A stretch of DNA of 64,000 bases from assembly GCA_010909165.1 (NCBI GenBank), contig MU008192.1:62001-126000 (forward strand), written 5' to 3'. Position 1 is the stretch's first letter. The number at the start of each line of letters is the position of its first letter. Shown piece after piece: positions 49,607 to 59,326 of this stretch. The DNA comes from Anthoceros angustus. Taxonomy: Eukaryota; Plantae; Anthocerotophyta. The translations under genes and the position numbers were made by a program. The notes under the pieces were generated by a model. The model saw only the letters and a program-made list of their open reading frames with translations, was not told where the DNA came from and did no database searches.

Positions 49607-51252
49607 TCAAGAGGACAGAGCCATCTCGATCACCATGAAGTGGGCGCCTTGCTGTGCGTCTGCCACCAGCTTCAAGGGCAGATCTGCAGTTTTCCCGGCT
49701 CGGATCTGCAGCAGCACAGGGAGGAGCACGGAACAAGTTTCAGAAAGCTTGCAGGGGTGATCAGGGAAATGAAACTTCAGCAGACTGGGAAGGAGGACGT
49801 GCCTCAACAGCGTCACGAGCACCGAGTTTCGTGCTCTCGTTCACTGCCAGGGAGCCTTCGATGCAGACCAGGTATGCCTGCCGTGTTTTGCCCAATAGAA
49901 AGTCCTGCTCCAGGCCTGCTTCGGCTTCTGAGACGTAGATGTTCACGTCCTGGTGGATGGGGATCACACCTTCGTGGGTGTCTTCCTTCCGCCCGTACCT
50001 CTCGTAGCTTGTGACGACGTGTTGGAGCTTGTTGTGTCTCTCACTCTTGCTGCATTGCCAGGAAGTGTGAAGTTCAGGCGCTCGAGTCAGGCAGGAGGTC
50101 TGTCGAAGGCCTATGACAGCTTTCTGCATACCTGAAAGTCCTAGAGCCGTAGTTCGGTGGGTAGCCTTTGTGATCAGGTTTTATCCAGATCTGCAGGAAC
50201 CTCAACCTGTGGGGGAAGTCTCAAGTCAGAGCAGAGGAAAGCATCGTAACAAGAAGGCTCTTCACTTAAAGAAGTAAGAAACAGGGGGGTGTCCACACTG
50301 ACAATTCGTCGGAGTTGTTCATCTCTGAGTGGGTAACACCACGGCCGGCACTCATGTACTGAACGGCACCTCGTCCCAACGTTTCCGCCGTCCCCATACT
50401 ACAAAGCCAACCACAGAGCAAGGTGTACAGTGCAGTCATGAAGCAGAAGGGTACTGTGCCGTCTTCATCGACACACAAGCAGACAAGAGAGCCTACCTGT
50501 CTTTGTGGGTGAGTTTTCCATCCACTACGTAAGTAAATATTTCCGCATCTCGATGAGGATGAGTCCCAAATCCAGCTCGGGGCTAATCCACAGACGAGCA
50601 ATCTGATCAGTACGCCATTCGCAGTGGACGCCTGATAGCCAGGATATGAGTGGGCAACCGAGACTTACCTTCACCAGATCATCGTTCAGAACACGCAACA
50701 CTCCAAAGTCCTGGTTCTTGGGATTGTAGTACTCTGCAAAGCTGCAGCAACCCACCAGATATCTTTCAGGTTGGGAAACAAACTACCCAGCAAGAAACAA
50801 AACAGACAAACCAGCAGGACAGCATCTCACCTGAAGTGGAACCTGCTCTCCAGCCACCACGTAGGGGTAGAGACATGAAGGTTCTCCTTTGGGATGTGGG
50901 TGAGAGACCTGCAAGATAACAACAAGATGTCAGTATCACAGTGAGATAGTGTCGAAATGTGAAGCGAAGACCCAACATCCTCCCAGGAACAGGAACAGGA
51001 ACAGGGACAGGAACAGGAACAGGAAGCTCACATGTTCCCGGCGGTGCTGCTAACGGAAGACTCCCTCGCGATGCTTGCTCTCACAGCCCAAGCCCTGGCA
51101 GATGGCTGGACGCTGGGCGCAGCGACACCAAAGCTGGAACCAACAGCAGACAGAGAGGAGGAGACGCAGGATGAGGAGACTGTCCGGGGAACCATGCGAG
51201 CCCCAACCCCCAACATGAGATGTGGCATCTCTGCAGCCAGCACAGAGGTCAT
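49607..51252 (-). CDS. Pirin-family protein of the bacterial YhhW type with a putative plastid transit peptide; exons 51252-51032, 50908-50831, 50741-50669, 50582-50497, 50398-50303, 50206-50132, 50049-49803, 49705-49607
   Basis: WWLESRFHFSFAEYYNP..FGVLRVLNDD, GFGTHPHRD, QYMSAG.GVTHSEMN, RFLQIWI.PD, IHQDVNIYVSE, RQAYLVCIEG; Ser/Ala-rich N-terminus ending AVRAS; last intron GC-AG. Confidence 0.9.
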
Positions 51253-51564
51253 CCCCTCTCTAATCCGAAACGACCCACACAGCAATGCCAATTGCAAATT
51301 AGAATCTAAGATCCAAGCAAGTACCAGCCTTGAGCCTTCAGTCTTGAGCCTTGCCTTGCTTACACAGAGACGGGATCTGATTCCTAGCTTGCGTGCTGGA
51401 GGCTCGAGTTCCGGTCGGGCTGATGAGCCAGCGGGTTTTTATAGAGCGTTGGGCCCCGCCAATTTGAGGGAGAGGAGGAAGCTTCCGCGGGACCTGCGCT
51501 CTGGCAGGCGCCCGGGAAAGCTCTTTCGGTCCAGACCAATCACTCAAACAGTGCTGTGAATCAA
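51253..51564. promoter_or_regulatory. Compact divergent (bidirectional) promoter region
   Basis: 312 bp between opposing ATGs; TGGGCC site-II-like motif near 51450, CCAAT boxes, TTTATAG. Confidence 0.5.
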
Positions 51565-52250
51565 ATGGGCACGCTGCTGCGTCTCTCGTGGTGTCCTATC
51601 GCACCTGCCGCCCTCCTGGCCCAGCAGCCGCGGCGGCGGCGCCGGCCCGGGCTCGCTCTGGGTGTGCGCGCGGGCGGGCACAACGGCAGTGCAGGCGGGG
51701 AGGAGGAGGAGCAGGCGAAGAGGGCTCTCAAGGAGCTGGACCAGCAGCTCAGCCAGCTCTCCAGCCCCAACGGCCGGGCAGGCCCCAATGTCGCCAAGCC
51801 CAAGCCCCAGCCCCAGCCTTTGCGGGTGCTGCCAGGTGAGCTCGCCGTTGCCTCTGCTGCTGGTGCCGCTGTTGCTTCTTCATCGGCTCGGATGGACTGG
51901 ATGGAACTCGTCTCGTCCTCTCTCAGCTTTGTTTCCGCTTTCCTGAGGGAATGGAATGCAATGCAGGATCCGACGCCCGGAAGGAGGATGGCAAATTCGA
52001 ATTCCCTGAGCTTACAGACAGCTTCCTGGCTTACAGTGCTGGATTCCTCATCTTGCTCACCATCGTCAACAATCTCGCGTTCAATTTCGTGTTCAAGCCG
52101 GACGTAAGTCCCAAAAACCCGCTCTTTCCAGACGACACTGTCACGGCTTCCGGAGGAGAACGTACCAGGCCCAGGTTCAAGCTCCGCTCGTTACAGGAGG
52201 AAGCGGAGAGTCCGCCATCGCCAGTCCTTGACTTTAAGTCTCTTCCGTGA
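51565..52250 (+). CDS. Uncharacterised plastid-type single-TM protein; exons 51565-51835 and 51967-52250
   Basis: Transit-peptide-like N-terminus (..GVRA), coiled segment AKRALKELDQQLSQL, TM FLAYSAGFLILLTIVNNLAFNFVFKP; phase-1 GT-AG intron. Confidence 0.78.
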
Positions 52251-53539
52251 CGCGATTTAGGGTTTATGGTGATATGAGGTGCGTCAACATGATATATGAA
52301 ACGAGACGGAAGAGTTTGTCTACTGAGCAAGTCGCAGTAGTGGAATCCCAGTTAGTTACTTAGTTACTTCGTTAGTTTTGACGTCGTCGTCCTCGTGCCT
52401 TGTCCTCTTGAGGCTTTCAGGCAGAATTGGCTCGGCAGTGACGATGATTACAACCAGAGCCAGCACAATGAGGAAGGCAAAGACTCATCTCATTGCCTGC
52501 AAAGGACGGACAAGGCACCCTCGTCAGTGCAGGTTTAGGGTTCTGGGGCTTAGGTCTACACACTAAAGACCATAGTGTGGAGAGACGAGCTTGCCAAAAG
52601 CCCAGCCAAAGACGGTACCTGGAAGAATGTTGGAGTGCCGGCTTTGAGTCCAAGGAAACCTGCGCAGGGACGAACACTTGAACCGTTATAGAGCAGAGGT
52701 GGAAGGATGTGTGATACTGTACATTCAAGCTCATGTCATGAGGTGATTTTGTGTGTAACGCACATTGCACCCGTTTGCGCGTCCTCGTTGGCTTGGTTTC
52801 TGCACACAAATCGCAAATCCAAGCCGGCTGGGGTGTAAAATAGGATTGTGGTAGTGGTAATGTTTGCGAAACCAGTCTGGGGGATGAGATGGGGCTAACC
52901 ACTGAGTTGTTGATGAGAAAGAATGTTCCACCCGTAGTCGCACCCTGCGGAAGAGAGTAGAGTATGTTAACGTGAGACTGTCCAGGTGCTCTGATTTGTG
53001 CGAGGAGACTAAGCTTTTGTAAGTCTGGAAGGTGGGGACTCACCGAAGTGGCGATAGATGGCAGCAGGTACGGGAATCTGGATGGTCATCCAGGTCATGT
53101 CAGCTCTCTTCAGCACTTGAAGATGAAGTGAAGCCAAGCCAGGAGACAGTAGTTACCTGTCAAACAAAGAGCCAGGCGGAAATAAGGCCGGGTACGTCAG
53201 AGCTGGCCGCACACAAGCACAGCACACAACACCACATAGAATTCTGTTCAGTGGAGTCTGCAACATTGACAGGAGCGCACACATGATGAATCCATGGACT
53301 GAACCTGTGAGAGAACCTCCGAGAGCAGGGCCGATTACCAAGAGAGCTGACATACTCGCCCAATGCTGAACCAACTGAGGAAGTCCGAGAGACTCAAACC
53401 ACTCTTGATGCGATGTATGTGTGGGTAATCCCACTAACAAACGACACAAGAAAAAACTCATGCCGTGAGCTGAATTCTTCGTTTCTTCTTTTTCTCAACG
53501 GAGATTTTTAGTGAGTTCGGAGACTACGCACTGGGATTT

Positions 53540-53955
53540 TTGTTCTGGAGTAAAACTGGCGGTCCGAAGAGCACTGACAACTGGCGGCCCCGAGGGCACT
53601 GACAACTGGCAGCCCCGCTTTTTCATTTGGAGTAACCCTGGACGGCACTTACAACTTGTGGCCCGTTGATTGGGATTTTTGTTCTGGAATAACTCGAAGG
53701 ACACTGAAATTGGCGGCCCCCGAGGGCACTAACAAATGGCAGTCTTGCTTTTTTGATCCGGAGTAATCCTGGAGGGCACTAACAACTGGCGGCTTCGCTT
53801 TTTTTTAATCACTAACAACTTCATGGCCCGGAGGGCAATAACAACTAGCGGCCTCGCTTTTTTATCATTAAAAAATGATAGCTCCGGAGGGCACTAACAA
53901 CTGGCGGCCTCGTTTTTTTATCACTAAACAATGATGGTCCCGGACGGCACTAAGG
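53540..53955 (+). repeat. Array of about 10 copies of a 23-bp motif GAGGGCACTAACAACTGGCGGCC with related T-rich linkers
   Basis: Copies near 53566, 53592, 53641, 53696, 53722, 53772, 53831, 53887 and 53944; higher-order repeat of about 135 bp. Confidence 0.8.
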
Positions 53956-54549
53956 GAATAAAGTCTTGATATTGATAACAAGTAGCCTCATAAGGCCATG
54001 AAGCGGTGGATGCGTGGCAGCCCATTTGAGCATTGATACGTACAAAGGATGCTTAACTGGGAAGTTCCAATGTACTCATTTCAAGATGTCAAAATAAAAG
54101 GAAGAGATTGTTAATTACTAATAATTCATGAATATAAATGACTTTTTACATAAATATTAGAACATATAAGAACAAATTCAACGATAACTTCACTCAAGGA
54201 AGCAACCATTGTACAATGATAATGCATGATACATTGAATTATATTACATATTTATCACGTTTAGGGTTGTTCCATAATGGGGCTAAAACATGTATGCATT
54301 TTGGAAATATAACGTAATCTAGGTCTTGTAATTTTGGTTGCTTGATCGTTGTACCTGGTATGTATATTTTCGTTACTATATTTAATAATGCATTGGGAAG
54401 GACTAAACGTCTTTTGGTAGTGTAGTTTTTAAACTAAAATTTACACATTACTAGTTAATATGGCAACTACATAGATTGAGGTAAAATGGTCTGGATGAAT
54501 GTAAAGGTATTTTCAAAAAGAAAAATAATCTTCAATCAATCAACAGTAT

Positions 54550-54990
54550 CAATGAAAATGCCTGAACAAGGAGTAAACACCACCAATTCATCCTCACGAA
54601 AGAAAGCTACTTGACCTACAACACGAGCAGCTTTGAAAATGGGTAACTTCTCCTTCTTAGTTTTCCATTGCAATGGTGTAAGATCATGAGTTGTCTATAA
54701 CATAGACCTAGCCTTCATGACCTGGAGGCAATCATCCATAAAGTGAAAAGTCATGATCAATATGCACTCCCTACCAGAATCCTTTCCAATCCAGAAGGCT
54801 CGAGGAACGATCACATCGACCTCTAGCCTGTTGAGATACTCCTTTGCAGCCACAAATGGTGCAACAATGTCGTTAACTTACCAATACCATAAATTCTCAA
54901 GTTCAAAGCACGGCGAGCACGGTCCGCCGTCTCGGAAACAACTTGTGATACTGTATTGCCACTAGGAGAAGAAGGAGCCGGGGGATTATT
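54550..54990 (-). pseudogene. LINE ORF1p-like remnant (RRM/CTD type, CR1/L2/L1-like)
   Basis: ETADRARRALNLRIYGI...VPRAFWIGK...ILIMTF...HDLTPLQW...AARVVGQVAFFR; one frameshift and one stop. Confidence 0.55.
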
Positions 54991-55079
54991 AACCCCTAGG
55001 AGGTTTTTACTAGGTTGTTACTCTAGGGTTTCAAGTGTCTAATAAAGATTTAAGAATTTGAACCTTCCTGATAATTATT

Positions 55080-55397
55080 TTAATTTCCCCATGTATTCAT
55101 GAAATTTTCTACCATATACTCACATATAATTTGAAAAAACAAGGCAAGATTAGTAAGTCTCTCTTGCCATGGTTCATCATGATCATCAAAATACAAAGGT
55201 TGCATTAGATGATTTTGATCTAATGGTCCCCTGCAAATAGGGCATGTACTCTTACCATGAAAAGCCCATTCATCGATACATTTTTTGTGAAATCGGTGAT
55301 TACATGATGTTAACAATGTATCGTTGTCAATTGTCATAAAGGAAAGGCAAATGCTACAATTGTCACAATTTACAGATATATACTCTTTCTTGGTCAT
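55080..55397 (-). CDS. Small intronless RING-H2 protein, 105 aa
   Basis: C-x2-C-x14-C-x-H-x2-H-x2-C-x11-C-x2-C (CSIC...CNHRFHKKC...CPIC); ATG at 55397. Confidence 0.7.
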   Translation of the reverse strand: MTKKEYISVNCDNCSICLSFMTIDNDTLLTSCNHRFHKKCIDEWAFHGKSTCPICRGPLDQNHLMQPLYFDDHDEPWQERLTNLALFFQIICEYMVENFMNTWGN

Positions 55398-55879
55398 TCT
55401 CTATATTTCTTATATGCCTTCTGGAAATGATAAAAGAGTGACCCTAAATGTGTGAAAATCGAATATAAGTAAATAATCCAATATAGCTCTCGTTTAGCTC
55501 TCCTCCAAACTAGCTTTCCATAATGCTCTAAGCAATGTCCCAAGGAATGATCTAAGCTGTAATTTAAGTTCGCCCTTTTATATTGTGCAAGCTTGCCCCG
55601 AATGAGCAGTTGCTATCTCTGCGATCCCATGTGACCACCTTTTAGGCTCTTCTTTTGGGAAAGCATGTATACTTTCCTAGAAGTTATGGATTTAGTATAT
55701 ACTCGTTATGTATAATAGCAAATCGGAATTATTAACTTAATTTATACAATTAAAATTAATTTTTGAAGTGAAACTTTTATTCCTAACTCGATCTCAACAA
55801 TACTTTGAAATTTTTTTACAAAGGTCCTTAGTAAGCCCCAAATCTGAATAATGATCAGTCCAAGGAGCCCTTCACTACA

Positions 55880-56560
55880 AATTTCCAAAGCAGTCTATGC
55901 CATGTGTCCGATTGTTACGGTTGACTACGGAATTTTGGCTTGAGTTAGAGGAATGGGTTATAAACCTGCAACTTGTTCTTCTAGTCCAAGCAAAAATTGG
56001 ACATATTCTTAGCATCAAATTCTTCGGAACTCCCCAGTCAAATACGAGAATTGAAGACTTAACATTGAGTTCTTCGAACCAGTGCCAAAGTTTTGTTGTG
56101 CTACCTTTGATAAGTTTAAACATGTACTCGAACGTCACACTCATGTGAAGGCCGTTTCCTATTTACACAACAATTGTGTCCTCCTCATTTACTTGTGATT
56201 GTCTTCCTTCATTTCAGCAAGCAATTTTTTCTTCATTTACATGCTACTATCTTCCTTCCTTTCTGCCCTTAAAACCTTTACTTTTGCTTTTGAATTTTTA
56301 TGCTCTCATTTGAGTGCATTGAACTCTGGATCCGCTTGCCATGGGATAGTTTGTCGCTCCTTAAAACCGCATCTCAAAAATCCAACATCACATGCCTGTG
56401 CAGGTCGTTTGCTATGGACGCACGTTGTACCATGTACATGCTTGAATGGGCTCAAGAGGCTGCAATATGTGTTGAGAGAAATTACGATAAACAAATTTAC
56501 ACCAGGACCTGGAAAGTTCCGAGCAAAGGAGGTATGTGCGGATGATAGTATTGACCGAAA
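55880..56560 (+). pseudogene. Degenerate MULE/SWIM-like transposase fragment (different from the 35-kb element)
   Basis: GTPQSNTRIE (resembles P.TNN.+E) and ITCLCRSFAMDARC (SWIM-like). Confidence 0.4.
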
Positions 56561-57511
56561 AATATAGGTTTACAATTTGCTTGGGAAGAAAGGCCAAAAT
56601 GAAGGGTTGCACAAGTACATACAACGATATCTTTTTATATACTCTTGAATCTTCATAATTTCAGCTACACAATAGTTTGCTATACAATATTTGTCTTGTA
56701 TTTTCTAACTAATCTATGGAAACAAGAGAAAATTTTTAATGGATGATAGAAGATTTTAATAGATGTAACATGGTCATCACATGATCCAAGAATTTAAAGT
56801 CAAACATAAAATTGTATATATTGCAAATTTTAAGAAACTATGATACAATCTATTGCAGTTCATTGTACCTTTCATCTTTCGTATCCAGACCAAAAAATAT
56901 CCACCTTCAATATCCACATTGAATTTGACCACAAGAAGGGCAATATAAGTGATCGATTCGGTCAACACTAATGGACCACGCGTTCACGCTCTTCAAGTAG
57001 TAAAGATGCTCGTCAATGTGCAAATTCTCTCTGGCAGATACAAAGAATGATTTTTGCTCAAGATGTTTAACCACTTAATTATGTCGATGGCTCGGACAAG
57101 ATGGATAGGTGATCGAGTTCCTTCTTTAAGAAATTTGACTCCGTCCTCATTCGGCCCATCCGTCCTTCCTCCATCCCCATTTCCCATAGCCTGCTCTGTA
57201 GGGCGAGGCTTGGTTAAGCTCTTGGATATGGAAATGAGAATCAACGGGAAACAACCTAACCTAGCATGAGCCTTATGTGAAAGTTGCAATGGTGTACGTG
57301 AAAGTTGCCCTCGTACATGGCCTTCCATTGTGGCCTAACTCTATACATCCGGCAAATTGCCCTTACAACATGGGGCCTACCCAGCAATACTTGTGCCCTA
57401 GAACACATCTTCTAGCCGCCGCACCTGCGCCTTTTGATCATGGATTTTATTATAGTGTTTATAATTTTGGAAATATTTATTGTAATGACTTTAGTTGACC
57501 TCGGTATGACA

Positions 57512-57614
57512 TTGGTGGTATGACAGCCTAAGTGAATTATCAACGACCAGTCTTGTAACAATATCTCTAACTAGCTAAAAGATTTATCACGCACTAAGGC
57601 TGTCATACCACCAA
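57512..57614. other. Inverted repeat: 23-bp stem (1 mismatch) with 57-nt loop
   Basis: TTGGTGGTATGACAGCCTAAGTG ... CACTAAGGCTGTCATACCACCAA. Confidence 0.85.
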
Positions 57615-57899
57615 GACTTTTTGTTTTAGGCCAGTAGGTGTCCTTGAAATTCAGTACTTTTTGACTACGTGTATGTTTGTTTCTTTAGGCACATAGAAAG
57701 TGGCTTAAATAATTTCACCCAAGTTGGTTTTGATATGCATAGAAAACGGCTATGAGCTTTGCAGTCTACGGGACCCATGCACCATATTGACAACATTCAT
57801 TTGAGACTCTATTAGAGAGTTAGAACTTAATCGGTTGATTGCATAAAAGGCCCCACTATATATAAGAACATGGAATAGAAGACAGGCAGGCCAAAGAAT

Positions 57900-58610
57900 T
57901 GCTTTCTGCGGATGCTCCGCGGGATTTTCCTCGTTTCTCGGCGTTTATCTCCGATGGTTTCAGGGGGTTGGAGACGTTGTTGCTTAAGAAGCAGCTTGGC
58001 TAGGCTTTCTAGTCCGTCCTCTTGGACTCCTCCATCCCTAAGTCCACGAGAGCTCGGCTTCGCTCTAGTTCTAGTAAGGGCGCAAGCGCTTGGCTTCTGG
58101 CTCGTCCATGTATATGGGGTTTTGTCATCGCACCAGCCACCTTCACCACTGCGATGTGATTCCGTCTTGGCCTGCTTCACCTTGTGGCGTCTTCCCTTCT
58201 TACCAGCGAGTGCGGCTCTGCCCTCGATGACTCTGAGGTACACCTTGCTCGTTATCTCCATGGGAGTCATCGCATTGCCACCCACGATGCTATCCACGAT
58301 GTCATGTTTGCCATAGCTCGCGAAAGCGACTACATAGCCTGGAGGGAGCGAGGGTACTCTCTTCGAACATGTCGCTCAATCAGGGTTGACTTGTACTTTG
58401 TCCGCTCAATCAGGGCTGACTTGTACTTTGTTCGCAGTGACTAGGTTTAGTGGCGGATGTGGTAGTTATTTACCCTGCTCGAGCCACCATCTCCGCTCAG
58501 GTTATCATTAACCGTCCTGGTTGGGCTGCCGCCGGTGCTGCGGCTCTCAAGGTCAGAAAGTATAGCGGGATGCAAGCGAGCCACATCTTTATTCCACTTT
58601 ATGTGAAGTA
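57900..58610 (+). mobile_element. Degenerate CRE/SLACS-like (restriction-like endonuclease) non-LTR retrotransposon 3' part
   Basis: RARLRS.S.KGASAWLLARP...FRLGL...ECGSALDD...H...HD.IHDVMFAIARE...RVDL...VADVVV..P.. Confidence 0.65.
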
Positions 58611-59326
58611 AGCTGTGAAATAAGAAAGGGGCAACCCTGCACCATGCTTGCGGGCATGGTAGGATTTGGCATGGTAGGATTTGGCACAGGACTTGAGAAA
58701 TTGATCGAAGTCCGTAGCCATTGCCCCATACGTTTTGACGCTTCTTCCTCTTCCTCTGTCATTTGCAGGCCATTTGTTCTTCCTGCATATGATGTTCTAG
58801 GAATAGTAGGTAATTTTAGGTAAAAGCTTAGTCATTCTTTTTCACCTTGACCCCCGAGGTCCACCTTCATTGTCCCAAACTGGAAGGGTTTTTCCCTTCA
58901 TTTTTTCCTCAATAAAACACAAAGAATAGAAGACTATAATTCAATGTTTATGCTTATTTTTGCTCGCACTAATAAGTACCTACCCAAATTTCTGGCGATG
59001 GATTCGTATATGTACGTAGTTCTCTTGCTACGAGTCTCGGTGTGTACCAAATTGACTCCCGGTGTATGGTGGTGCGGGATCAGACGCTTGGTTAGGTTAA
59101 CTAACTGCATACATGATGTGATGACTGCGTCAAGTCAGCCGTAATATAATCTTCTTTGGAGCCGGAGGGAGTAAAAAGGGGGCCTGGCCCTCGGAAAACA
59201 AAAGCTATGAAAGCTTGTGAAGAGGGACAGGAACCCCACTGGCTGGCGGCTCAATTCAGCCGCAGCAAAAGAGCATTTTGAGGGAGTGGAGCCCCGTCTC
59301 CGCCTGCGCTGCCAAAGATTGCAGTC

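Noticed and set aside
49377-50014. ORFs 49377-49736 (minus) and 49595-50014 (plus)
   Set aside because: Off-frame or antisense overlaps of pirin exons and its 3' UTR.
53540-53955. CRISPR-like repeat/spacer array
   Set aside because: Eukaryotic context, degenerate repeats, linkers homologous to each other and of variable length, and no cas genes.
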